The translations under genes were made by a program, and so were the position numbers. Positions 39,860-52,040 of a DNA stretch of 58,503 nucleotides are shown in pieces (position 1 is the first letter of the stretch; each line of letters starts with the position of its first letter). The notes under the pieces are model-generated. The model saw nothing but the letters and a program-made list of their open reading frames with translations. It did not search any database and was not told the DNA's origin. Origin of the DNA: Octopus sinensis (lineage: Eukaryota); assembly GCF_006345805.1 (NCBI RefSeq), contig NW_021833084.1, positions 1-58,503 on the forward strand. Reading direction: 5' to 3'.

Positions 39860-40013
39860 GCAAATAAGTAGCAGAGATGTCCAGGTATCAGTGCATTGCG
39901 GTTGTTTCAAGCGGCTCCATTTAATCGATTAAATGATTATTTGATCGATTAAATGGAGCCGCTTGAAACGGCCGTAATGCCCTGATACCTGGACATCCCT
40001 GCTACTTATTTGC
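39860..40013. repeat. 154-bp near-perfect palindrome, 70-bp arms (65/70 identical)
   Basis: 39860-39929 versus rc of 39944-40013: 5 mismatches. The inner aaat/attt also pairs, leaving a 4-nt loop. Confidence 0.95.
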
Positions 40014-40048
40014 TCTCCCTCCCTCTCTCTCTCTTTCTCTCTATCTAT

Positions 40049-40112
<64 letters not shown>

Positions 40113-40122
40113 ATCTAATCTA

Positions 40123-40169
<47 letters not shown>

Positions 40170-40206
40170 TATATAAATGTTTGTAAATATAGTGTGTATA
40201 TAGGGA

Positions 40207-40389
40207 GAGTTTACGGAAAAAAACAAAAGACGGAGACAGGTGGTGTACAAAACAAACAGATATATTAGTATAACGCTCAGGAATAGAAAAGGTCTTTTAC
40301 GTTTCGAGCCTACGCTCTTCTACAGAAAGGGACACAGAAAACAAGGAGAGAAAAAAAATGTGTGTAGTAGCTAGCGATCTATCATGGCG
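40207..40389 (-). mobile_element. Family P repeat, copy 2, carrying an A6U hammerhead-like motif at 40294-40329
   Basis: rc of 40294-40329 = cttt CUGUAGA A GAGC-GUAG-GCUC GAAAC GU A aaag. Confidence 0.75.
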
Positions 40390-40644
40390 TCTGACTCGGA
40401 CAGAAGGCTCACACACGAGAAGGAAAGTAGGGGAGATAATAAGGTAAAGATGACCCCCAACACGAAGGTGCGTGTGTGTATAAGAGAGAATGTATGTGCG
40501 TGTGAAAGAGGGCTGGTGGTCTGGACGTGTGCGTGTATGTATGTGTAGGTGTGAAATGTGGGGATGGGTGGGTGGTGTGTTGTGATGTGATGTGTAATGT
40601 GCATATATATATATATGTATATATATACATATATACATATATAT

Positions 40645-40702
<58 letters not shown>

Positions 40703-40874
40703 TTATAGAATGGTTGTATACTGTCAATCTAACAAGAACGTGACAGTAGGGGGTACACCACCGCTGTATAGCCCTAGGAGGCATCGAACGCCTCCTGATA
40801 GCTTTGACACATTTTTTCCCTGTGTCCTTATATACATACACGAAGGGGAGACAAACACCCCCGGCCGCCGGAAC

Positions 40875-40930
40875 TGCATCTAGGGACACCGTGTTTCAGG
40901 ATCATTGTTCTTCATCGGCCTAGAGTAGCA
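40875..40930 (-). ncRNA. Type I hammerhead ribozyme candidate, U4C core variant, GUC cleavage site (C17 = 40885)
   Basis: rc = tgctac tctagg CCGAUGA agaa-caauga-uccu GAAAC A cgg U GUC cctaga tgca. 6-bp stem I, 3/4-paired stem II, 3-bp stem III. Confidence 0.7.
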
Positions 40931-41589
40931 GACACCGGTCAGCTGGTGATATTTGCCTCGACTTCGTAATTGTATATATGTATATTCAGTGAAGTCTATT
41001 CACTGATTATCAAAATAAGAAATATTGAATTTCTAAATCTCTCGTAGAGACATGTACGGTGGCGTTGAAAGCAGAGTTGGTACAGAAACAATTGTAACTG
41101 ATTATAAAAGATGTGTTAAAGTTTCTCGTTGTCTTATCTTGGATTATATTTAATCCTTCGCTAAACGCACACAACCGTTATACCGTCGTGAAGACAGGAT
41201 TTTCTACACCTGAAGAATTTCGAGACTAGTCTGGAATGCGAAAGTGTTGAGTGCTGTATTGGAAACAGCCTATCTTTCTTCTCTCCCAAGACCTTTACTG
41301 TAGCACTTTCAATACATACCACCATTTCTCGAAGAAATTCTATTTTTTTTCCTGTAATGTTTACTCACTGCCTGTGTGTGTGTGTGTCCCTCTTTTGTGT
41401 GTTTGTTTTTCCTTCATATATCTCCTCCAGTAGACCCTCGGTCCCTTTTTGTCCGTCTCACTGCTTTTCCCTTCTGTTAGACTCTCATTCTATCCTTCTT
41501 TGGCTGGGTGTTGACAGTAATGTAGACGGCGATATACTCCCTTATCTCTAACCCCAACCAACCAGGCCCCTAATCTTTCCCCTTCTCTA

Positions 41590-41810
41590 TCTGCTTCATC
41601 AGCTGTTATTCTGCAATAAGAAATGTGCTCTCTTCAAGCAATTAACGTTGCTGAATCTGTTCTTTTTACCAGTTCTTCTAAATTCTTTATCTGTCCTCCT
41701 CTTGGCTGTTTCTTGATGATATTGTTGCATGTTTGGATACAGCCCCTTGCAACAACAATAGGCTGTACCCAAAGTCCCCACAAGGTCATACGAAACCAGT
41801 GAAATCAACG
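41590..41810 (-). mobile_element. Possible decayed C-terminus of a restriction-like-endonuclease non-LTR element
   Basis: Frame reading LWVQPIVVARGCI..LIA*REH loosely resembles the P.EVGCRG..W end of NeSL/HERO-type ORFs. Weak. Confidence 0.25.
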
Positions 41811-41898
41811 TTGTTTCCCTCCAACTTGTAAAAAACATTTACAATTTTATTTAGTAAAACACATGCAACTAAATACATTACAATTTAGGTATGAAAAA

Positions 41899-42095
41899 GA
41901 TGGCGAGCTGGCAGAATCGGTAGCAGGTCGGACAAAATGCTTAGCGGCATTTCGTCCGTCCTTACCATTTGAGTTCAAATTCCACCGTGGGATGTCAACT
42001 TTGCCTTTCATCCTTTTCGGTTTCAATAAAATAAGTAGGGGTTGAGCACTGCGGTCGATGTTATCGACTTACCTTCTCCGAAATTGCTGGCCTAG
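41899..42095 (+). mobile_element. tRNA-derived SINE family C
   Basis: gatggcgagctggcagaatcggtagc (A box), gagttcaaattcc (B box), aactttgcctttcatcc..actgcggtcgatgttatcgactt. Confidence 0.85.
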
Positions 42096-43054
42096 GTATG
42101 AAAGAAATGATTCCTAAGTACACTCCTTCCCACATACATATGAATGCACAAACACACATGGACACAAGCATACATATATCCCTCCAAATTTATTTGGAAT
42201 CGTTTACTTCCACTGATCTCCACTGATTGTAGCAACGTTTGTTTAAAATCTTTTGCTACTTTCTTGTTCTGAGGAATGACTTGTTTCGTTCTCTTAATGT
42301 ATAAACGTCCCGGCATATCGCTGCAATGATGTTGTTCAGTGGAGGCTGTCACTTTTGATGACCGGTGCTATGTTAAGTGTTATGGACGACTATTTCACTC
42401 ATTCGTATATTTATGTTGTATGTGTATTTTTATCACTTTGGTGTATGTTTGTGTGTTGTCAACAGTCTTCAATTTAATCTGGTATTGTATACATTTATAG
42501 TGATGGTAGTGACGGTGATGGTGGTGGTGGTAGCAGTGGTGGAAGTGCTGGGGATATGCATAAATGTGTGTGAAAAATGTCTACTTGGGAACGTTAATGT
42601 TACAGAGTCACTAACGTACGCTAAGTCTAGACGCTGGCAATGGTTATGAGAAATTCGCATGACCAATTCTTAAAAAGGCGCTGATTACTTTTGCAATCCA
42701 TGCTGTAAGTTTATAATATAATTTCAGCTTCTTTTACTAGAGTCACAATATTCCGTAGATCAAACAACAGAATAAAACATGTTAATTCACTACAGAATGC
42801 TCATTGCTTCGTCGGAGGGCACAATGCAAGAACTGTTGAGTTCTTAACTGTATTCATTGCCAGAAGGGCAAGGATGGGTGCCTCACACGAAGGTGAAGTC
42901 CTTCTATAGTTGTATTTTTGACACAGAATTAACACGTGTGGCGATTAAATATTTTTATTAACAGTAGGACTCGAAGCAGTGTTACTAAAAATGTGAAACT
43001 ATTATAATGCATAATATTCATGTACCATACATGTATATACATATAAGCATACAT

Positions 43055-43088
<34 letters not shown>

Positions 43089-43202
43089 ATAAATATATAT
43101 ATATATGTATGATGTGGTACAAATATATATATATATATATACACACACACGTGCCTGTCTGTCTGTCTGTCTCTCTCTCACTCTCCCTCTCCCCCCTCTC
43201 TC

Positions 43203-43248
<46 letters not shown>

Positions 43249-43694
43249 TATACATACATACATTCATACATACATACACGTCTCTAAGTGTTTGCCTGTG
43301 TTGCTGGTGTGTGCATCTGGAGATTTTGCGTGGATGCTACCGTGTACCATTTCTTCTTAAATCCATCCGGGTTGAATACTGATGCAATGTGAAAATGTCT
43401 CTCCAACAAATAAAAGACAAAAGAAAAACAACAAAAACAAACCCAAACCAGAACAAATCAAGACAAAAAACTTCGAAACTATATAAAAAAATAAATTAAA
43501 AAATAAAGTGGGTCGGTTGAACATGTTTCTTTGGTAACTGTAAAACTGTATGTGTACATAGTTTAGTGATTGTGTGTGTGTGTGTGTGTGTGTGTGTCTG
43601 TGTGTGTGTATAGTCTTGTTTATCAAAACTGTACACAATTTAAATCTAACGACTGGCAATTATACACATTCTTTCTTCCTTCCTTTCTTTCTTT

Positions 43695-43733
<39 letters not shown>

Positions 43734-43871
43734 CTTTTACTCTTGTCTTCAAATTTACTTTTACTATCTGAACCATCATAAACATTATTGTAGCAAAATG
43801 TGACAGTGTGTGTGTGTGTGTGTTTGCAAGTGAAACTTATGGTATGTTAAAGGGTATCTCTCTCTCTCAAT

Positions 43872-43938
<67 letters not shown>

Positions 43939-44200
43939 ACACACACACACGTATGTTTCAATATCTTTCTCTCTCTACAAACGCACACGTATACATGTAT
44001 ACACAAGCACACATCCACATATAGACACACACACACGAATGCACAAGTGTATGTACATATTTCTGAGTGTGAATTTGCGCGCGCACGATCTCATGTTTAC
44101 ATGCGTATGCATTTATGTCCCAGACATAGTTTACCTAATATACGTCAACGTGTGTATTGTATGTGTTTGTGAGTGTGTCGGTATGTTAGAGAGAGTGTGT

Positions 44201-44236
<36 letters not shown>

Positions 44237-44255
44237 GACAGAGATAGAGTGAGTT

Positions 44256-44291
<36 letters not shown>

Positions 44292-44770
44292 AGACAGACA
44301 ATGACACAACTGTGTGTAAGCAATCTACAATGTCACTATCCACCCCATCGTCTTTGCTTATGCCTCTACACGCATTTACGCACACACGCTTTCATATTTC
44401 TCGCAGTTAAAGCGTTACACAAATCTATGGGGACATGATAGCTTCGTCAGCGGAACTGCAAAGGAACGCTTATATTATATATACACAGGAAGGTGTAAGA
44501 ACCGAAAATATACGGAAGTAGACGAAATATCAAGATATGATTGTATGTATGGGTGGTGAATGAGTTGGTGGTGATAGTAGTAAGTCAGTAACATTTTCTG
44601 GATACTTGAATAGCTTACCTAAGACGATACCCAGGTAGGTCTTAAAGATAAACAAATGGCTAACTCGATATAACTTTTTAAAATTCACGCGAAAGCATAC
44701 TAATTTAAAGATCTACACACAGACACACATATACATACACACGCACACGCACAGACACACACACACACAC

Positions 44771-44810
<40 letters not shown>

Positions 44811-44820
44811 TTGGTATGTG

Positions 44821-45020
44821 TGTTTGTGTGTTTGTGTTTGTTCCCGCCAACATCGCCTGGTGTGTTTACGTCCTCGTAAACTAGCAGTTCGGCAAAAGAG
44901 ACCGATAGAATAAGTACTAGGCTTACAAAGAATAAGTCCTAGGGGAGATTTGCTCGACTAAACGTGGTGCTCCAGCGTGGCCGCAGTCAAATGACTGAAA
45001 TAAATAAAAGAATAAAAGAA
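44821..45020 (+). mobile_element. SINE family A, 3' half, young
   Basis: gttcggcaaaagagaccgatagaataagtactaggcttacaaagaataagtcct..cagtcaaatgactgaaataaataaaagaataaaag. Confidence 0.9.
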
Positions 45021-45066
45021 TATATCCTTAAATTCTTAAAAATGTTTTAGCCCGAAGGCCGCGGCC

Positions 45067-45101
<35 letters not shown>

Positions 45102-45105
45102 ATAT

Positions 45106-45213
45106 AGGCAGAGGCATGGCACCTTGGGTATGTATCTTTTACTATAGCCTCGGGCCGACCAAAGCCTTATGAGTAGATTTGGTAGACGGAAACTGAATGA
45201 AACAAACCTGTCA
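45106..45213 (+). mobile_element. SINE family A, 5' half with internal deletion
   Basis: ggcaccttgggta..actatagcctcgggccgaccaaagcctt..gatttggtagacggaaactga. Confidence 0.8.
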
Positions 45214-45222
45214 TATATATAT

Positions 45223-45260
<38 letters not shown>

Positions 45261-45262
45261 CT

Positions 45263-45360
45263 TATTTAAAACAGCAGAAAATTCAACAAAACCTGTTACT
45301 CTGAGTTTCTCGTTGCCATTCATCGGACAGTTTTTGTTGAATTTTCTGCTGCTTTAAATA
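45263..45360 (-). ncRNA. U4C hammerhead-like motif (45293-45330) whose stem I extends into a 34-bp hairpin
   Basis: rc = ctgt CCGAUGA aug-gcaa-cga GAAAC ucaga GUA acag. Arms 45263-45296 and 45327-45360 are 32/34 complementary. Stem II has only 1 WC pair plus 1 GU pair. Confidence 0.55.
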
Positions 45361-45887
45361 AAGCATATTACTCTACCACTGGTATTTGAGTACTCTTTTT
45401 TCCACCTTGTTTCACATCTATGTCTCTACTCCGGTATATATATATATACATATATATAATCTTCATAATACTAAAACTCTAGAGATGTTTGGGTGTACCT
45501 GAAATATCTCAGAAATAGTATATTTTATCTTAATGTTTTTGCATATTCATTTTCATACTTACCTTTAGTAGTGCAGTACAAATCTTTCTGATATTTAGAC
45601 CTCTGAAAACGATTAAACACTGTTTTTGTTTGTTATTTCTTGAGGAAAAATTAAACATGGCTTCCGTGGCGTCAACGCATATACAGACACACAAAATACA
45701 CACACATATAGTGAATGCCATAGCGTCTCAATCAACAGAAACACACGTCCACTATCTGTGACATATAAACACACATAGTCTTCGCGCTGTCTTAGAAAAA
45801 AAAAAAACGTCGACTTCTTGACGTACATAGTAGTTTAATCATTTAGAAATATTTTAAACCGGTTATGATTGCAAAAATAAGTTGTTT

Positions 45888-45950
<63 letters not shown>

Positions 45951-46209
45951 CACACACACACATATATATATATGCGTATTCGCATACATACACACTCACT
46001 TCGTCGGCAATCTCTTTGGGGTCGAAAATCAATATCCTTCGGACGTAACTTCTGTGGATCCGGGTGTCCCCGCGCGGCACACTCTCACATTTACACATAT
46101 ACCTTCTGTGTATTCATTATTATTTCTTTATTCGTGCCTCCTAATTGTTCTTTTTTCATGTATAACTTAGCACAAACGCCCTTGTTAGTAACTCCAACAC
46201 TACGACAAG

Positions 46210-46241
<32 letters not shown>

Positions 46242-48179
46242 ATGACAGTAGTAAAGGGTTTCACCAGCCAGACACCCAGCTTTCAACTAAAATCTCCAAC
46301 CAACAATCCAGCCAACCAAGCTACCAACCAACCGACCAGCCAACCAACCACTTCTCACCAATTTTATAGAGTAGACTCTCCCCACTTATTTATATTTTAT
46401 TTCTAATTTTTATTGTAGATTCTTTTTTACATTTATTTACATTTTCACCAGTACCGCCATACAGCACACTACCGCTACCGCCGCCAGCACCAACACCATC
46501 ATCACGTTCAAGCATACACCGACACCTTCACCACAACATACCACCAACACCACCACCACCACCATCAGCATCAGCACCTCAAATATGCCCACCACCATCA
46601 CCATATCAATTATATACTGCCCTCACCTCCACTACCCTACCGCTTCATCACTACTTCAACCACACATACACATATACACACACATACACATACATCCTGC
46701 AACCGCTTTTACACAATCTCCTCTTTTCCTTCTCCTTCCTTGCTATCTTTCCCCCTCCCTTACATACTATATCCCTCATCCTTTCTCCCCCCTCTCTCTC
46801 ACTCTCTCTAAATCGCTTACGTAAGCCCAACTGAGGCAGCCATGTTGGTTTGTCAGTCCATTCCGTTTAATTATTGCTTTAGCTATTTTGGTAACTCGTT
46901 CTGTAACCTGATAGCTCTGGCGTTCTTCACTGGAAATGAGTTTCAACACTAATGTCTCAAAATATAGACTTGCCTTTATCATTAGAGTGATACTCGCTGA
47001 TGATGGCGGTGGCGGTGGTGGTGGTGGTGCTAGCTGTGGTATTGATGGCGGCGGCGGTTGTGGTGGAAACAGTCATGGTAGTGGTTGTGATGAGGAAGCC
47101 GGTGTTGTTATCGGCAATGATTATATCGATGGTGATTGCAATGATGGTGGTGATGAGATGATGTTGATGGCAAAAGTAGTGACGGTGATGATAATAGTAA
47201 CGACGAAGGCAGTGATAATAGTGATGACGGTGATGATAATAATGATTAGAACTATGATGATGGTGCTGCTGCTACTGTTGCTCCTTCTGACGTTGTTGTC
47301 CTTACAATTGTTGCTAGTCTTAATTCTCTGTCGAGTTGAAAATATTGCAGTATTTAGTTACATCTATTTACGTTCCTAATTTCAAGCCCACCAAAAATTC
47401 TCTTTCATTTCTCTCCTTTTTATCGATTGGTTTCATGAATGTCGTCGGGCAGTCACAGCACCCGCTAGTTGAACAATGTCGCCTGCAAAGCATTCATGTT
47501 ATACACTATGGAGGACCAGCGGTAGAGTAAAGTAATGACATTTTGGAAACTCTACGAGAACCAACTGGATGGTCTGTTTCACTTGGTTTGCGACTCAAAG
47601 AACTTTGATAACTTTCAGAAATCTTTGTCATGGCAATGTTATAGGGAAACAAAATTGGTTTGAGATGAACTCTGCAGCCGTTGAAGTGCAGTTAACTGGG
47701 CCTGGTTGAGATGTACTTAGACAGGTGAACTCATTCAGTGTTCCAGGATTGCAGATTTGTAGAGTCTTGTGGAACAGTTGATGCTGTTGTAGAACAGATC
47801 CGGTCATCGACCATGTTGATCAAAAATACCTTCACTAGGTGTGGAGGACAAACAGTTTTTCTCAATACGGTGGCTACGGATAAAAACAGTGTATGAACCA
47901 ATTCAAAGGACTGAAGCAGATAGGGTCTACCCTTTCTGTAAGCGGTTCAGAAGTTCCGAAGGGAACTTACATTTAGTAATCAAGGTAATCATGGATCTGT
48001 CTTTCTTTGCTTGGGTCCTCGCTGGTTGCAATGGTTCTTTGAGAACATTATATATGCATATATACATTCTTTTACTCTTATATATACATTCTTTACTGCA
48101 TATATACATTCTTTACTTTCTTTTACTCTTTTTTCGAAAAATCTGGTATTTCTAGATTTTCGTGCAAATTTGTAGGTAT

Positions 48180-48480
48180 ACAGTCTAATGCATAGCAGCC
48201 AGCTGCCCAGCGGACGTGAATGTCCCATCAAAAGTTCAGGAAATAGAGAACATTTATGGTTAATTAATATGGAACTTACGGCTCTTGTACTCTGACCATA
48301 AATTTTCATTTGTACCTATCATACTAGGCACATTAGGCTATATACCTATACATTTAAACAAAAACCGTGAAATACTTAGTTTTCTCGAAGAAAAACCAAA
48401 AGAAACTGACATGCTTTCTCCAAATCCAGGCACAGTGATGATTCGCAAGAGATTCCAAAGATTGTCTATCTGAGACTCTT
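48180..48480 (+). mobile_element. Decayed C-terminus of an R4/Dong-type (restriction-like endonuclease) non-LTR ORF
   Basis: Piecewise translation SCPADVNVPSKVQEIENIYG*LIWNLRLLYSDHKFSFVPIILGTLGYI..GTVMIRKRF fits the ..E.S.P.D.N..K...Y..L..L....IPI.IG.LG..GTV.I end of R4-clade ORFs. An 11-bp hairpin follows at 48490-48515. Confidence 0.65.
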
Positions 48481-49854
48481 ATGTGAAAAGATGCACACAC
48501 ACAAGTGTGTGCATCGACAGTTCAACTAACACACCGACTTAACCACATATTTACAAACACCAGGAGCTCTCTTAACTCAGAAACTTTTGTCGTTTTGTAA
48601 GCGGCCGGTTTGAACTCTCTTAGAACTTAATGCTCAAAGAAAATAGCATACATATACATGAATACACAGCTACAGCTTGGTCTTTGTATGTGATTATATA
48701 GTGATAGCTATCTATATACATGGAGGTGGCTATGTAAATACATCTATCATCATACTTACATACATATGTACATACATACATTCATATATTTATATATATT
48801 GTGGTATACGTAGGTAAATATCTAAGTATATGTATATGATGATAGATGTATTTACATATCTAACTCTGTGTATATAAATTGCTGTCGCTATATATGTATA
48901 TACAAAATGTTAGGATTATGTAAGTGTGTGCATGTACACCATGCTAGCTACATACAGCTATTTATAGCTATGACATCTAAGGCTTATATATATATATATA
49001 ATATATATATATATATAGTTTACTAACTACACACTTCTGTCATTGTATACGCATATACGATTGTATACACATATAACTCTCTATATCATACGTCAATCAT
49101 TATATATGCATTCTACTAACACTACTGCCACCATCACAATATAGCTGAACACCCTCTCAACGCTTGACCTGCAAATAATAGCACCCAAATATTACTTATA
49201 TTTGTGTAGATAGCTCTAGATAGATTAGACTATCAGGACTGACCTGGGGTTAATTATCACGCACACGGGAAAATCTACCTCAGGCAGGGAAACCTCTTCT
49301 GAGGAGCTGGCCTCATGACACACGGTACATCGCAAAGGCGGGCTGCACGTGACAAAGCTCATCATCAGGCGGTCAGCAACAGTAAAAGATTTCAGGCAAT
49401 TTTCCGTTGGTGCGCCATTCAGAAAATCCTGCGGGTTGCAATTTACTCATGACAGATCTTGCTATCTGTAAGAAATAATAGTTAAATCTTCTTACCCTAC
49501 CGTCTTTTGTTTGGAATTAGTGACTCCTATAGCATAAGTGCGATGAATTCTTTATTGAGACAGTTTAAGAAGACAGTAACATTTTCGGCGTTGCCGCTCT
49601 TACTTGCAGAAATAGTTTTGGATTTAACATTGTCTTTCCCTCACTGTATAATTGCTTCCAATGAGGTAGCTTATGAGCACAGTGTAAAATATGTTCACAC
49701 TAGTGAATTATGTTCACAGAATGGCCACAGATGAAAGCTTTTGATAATACAATAACAAGGAGGATGTGACATCTACGTGGGAGCCACATGACCTCAAATA
49801 ACGTCCAACTACCTTTGGAGAGGATATTGTGAGTGTGTGTGTGCGTGTGTGTGT

Positions 49855-49887
<33 letters not shown>

Positions 49888-49955
49888 ATATTGTAATAAT
49901 TAAAGCTGTGATAGTCATAGTCATGGCTGGAACATCATTGACCATAAGACTAATC

Positions 49956-50286
49956 CAGTGATTTTCAACCGGGGTCCATGTAAGATTTTGTGGGGTCCAT
50001 GCAAGAGAATAACAAATTGTTGATCCACAATAGTTATTTGAGGGCCCCTGAAAAATCTTTGTTTTAGATGTATGCTTTGCTATATATTGCAAGAAACAGC
50101 CATGTTTCTTTCTCCAACATTTCACATAATTCAACCTACACAAGTTAATGTGTGAAAAACAAAATAGAATTTTAGAAGAATAGCTATAAAACTAGTTTTT
50201 AAATATTAAACGGTTATGGGAGACGGCAACCAGAATAAGGTAGTAGTCAAAGGGGTCCATAGGTAAAAAATGGTTGAGAACCCCTG
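49956..50286 (+). mobile_element. hAT-type MITE (about 330 bp) inserted into a family B SINE
   Basis: TIRs cagtgattttcaacc / rc caggggttctcaacc. Family B sequence (gtcatggctggaacatcattgaccataag | ..taatctggggctaaac) continues on both sides. Confidence 0.8.
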
Positions 50287-50502
50287 CTATACTCGAAAAT
50301 CGCTAATCTGGGGCTAAACGGCAACACTGTCTCAATATGTCCGCGTAAACAGCTTGTGACTTAAGTGTGTACATGTAACTGAAACGAAAATCTTCAAGTA
50401 ATGCGGACTTTTGTCACAAACTGTTATTACATGTATCTAAGTGGCGGATGCTTTTGTTCTTTCGCTTGTATTTGTAACCTATTTGCATATATGCCTTTAA
50501 GC

Positions 50503-50544
<42 letters not shown>

Positions 50545-50547
50545 TAA

Positions 50548-50726
50548 TAACAAAAACAAAAGACGAAGGCAGTTGATGTAGACAACAATCAGATGTATTA
50601 GTTTAACGCTCGGGAAGTGAACACGTCTTTAACGTTTCGAGCCTACGCTCTTCCACAGAATAGAACACAGAAAGAAACAAGGAGAGAAAATAAAGAATGT
50701 GTAGTGGCTAGCGATATATCATGGCG
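50548..50726 (-). mobile_element. Family P repeat, copy 3, with an A6U hammerhead-like motif at 50627-50662
   Basis: rc = tatt CUGUGGA A GAGC-GUAG-GCUC GAAAC GU U aaag. Confidence 0.75.
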
Positions 50727-51677
50727 AATATATATGTCACTACGTTCGAAACGCGTAGTAGATAAAACAGGGGACAACTGATGACGGGAATGTTCTTTAT
50801 GTTGCCTGTCTCGTTTCTCTATTTGTTTCTTCCGTTGTTTGAAAAAAAGTTCGTTTTCCCTGTTTTTGTTTTTTATGTTCTCGTTTCTCAATGTGCTCCA
50901 ATTTTTTTGACGTCCTGTACCCATATATGCATGTATATATACATATGTATGTATATATGCATATATATATATGTATTATGTATTATATATATAAAACAGG
51001 ATAAAGTATCAAAATTTTATGAATAGAGGACAATTGCTCGATAATTTAAGTAATTAATAGATAAAATTAAGAATGTATTGTATCCTATTTCATTACAAAC
51101 ACACATACACGGTGATGTTGTTTAGCCCCAGGCCACCGATGTCTGATTAGACCTATAATCAAAGATGTTCTTGTTGTAACTAACAGACGTTTATTCATTC
51201 TCATATACATACATACATACATACATACATACATACATACATACATACATACATACGCACGCACTTATCTGTGTATGTGTGCGTCTATCTGTATGCACAT
51301 ATATATAAATATATATGTGTGTATGTTGAGACAGATTATATATGTATGTATATGTATGTATGTGTATATAGTGGTAGTTTTTGTTCTCTCTTGATTGTCA
51401 CTTGCATGTGTGCGGTCTTTAGGCTCTGTGCATGCGTGTGCTTGTTTGTGTGTGTGAATATATGTGAGTGTATATACACATCTAACAACAATGATTACCG
51501 TAAAGTTATTTACCAGCTATCGTGTTTACTACCACTACTGGTGGCGGCGTTTGATGGTATTGGTGGTGGTAGTGGTGGTAGTAGTAGTAAAAGTAGTGCT
51601 AACGGTGCTGCCACCACTAATCACTGCCGTTTCGGCTGAATCAACAGCTGCTTTCATAATCAAGATGGATGCCCCCT

Positions 51678-51852
<175 letters not shown>

Positions 51853-51965
51853 TGAAGAAGAAGCGTTTAGCTTTAAAACAAGAGCGCCATAGTTTTAACA
51901 ATCTTACCAGCTGTATGGACGAATCGCTGCGGTTGTCGCCATCAACATCAGCATGACTATTACCT

Positions 51966-52040
<75 letters not shown>

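Noticed and set aside
41205-41255. CTGAAGA..agactagtct..GCGAAAG hammerhead-like string on +
   Set aside because: Stem II is only partly paired, and no stem III/UH or stem I can be formed. At best a decayed relic.
46936-47379. 147-aa Gly/Asp/Met/Leu-rich ORF; likewise the Pro-rich ORF at 4598-5101
   Set aside because: Degenerate (GGT/GAT/CCA)n low-complexity DNA.
47480-47830. Coding-like decayed block on - (TRLYKSAILEH..AQLTALQRLQSS), possibly Penelope ORF
   Set aside because: Multiple stops and no motif I can name with confidence. Needs TBLASTX against TE libraries.
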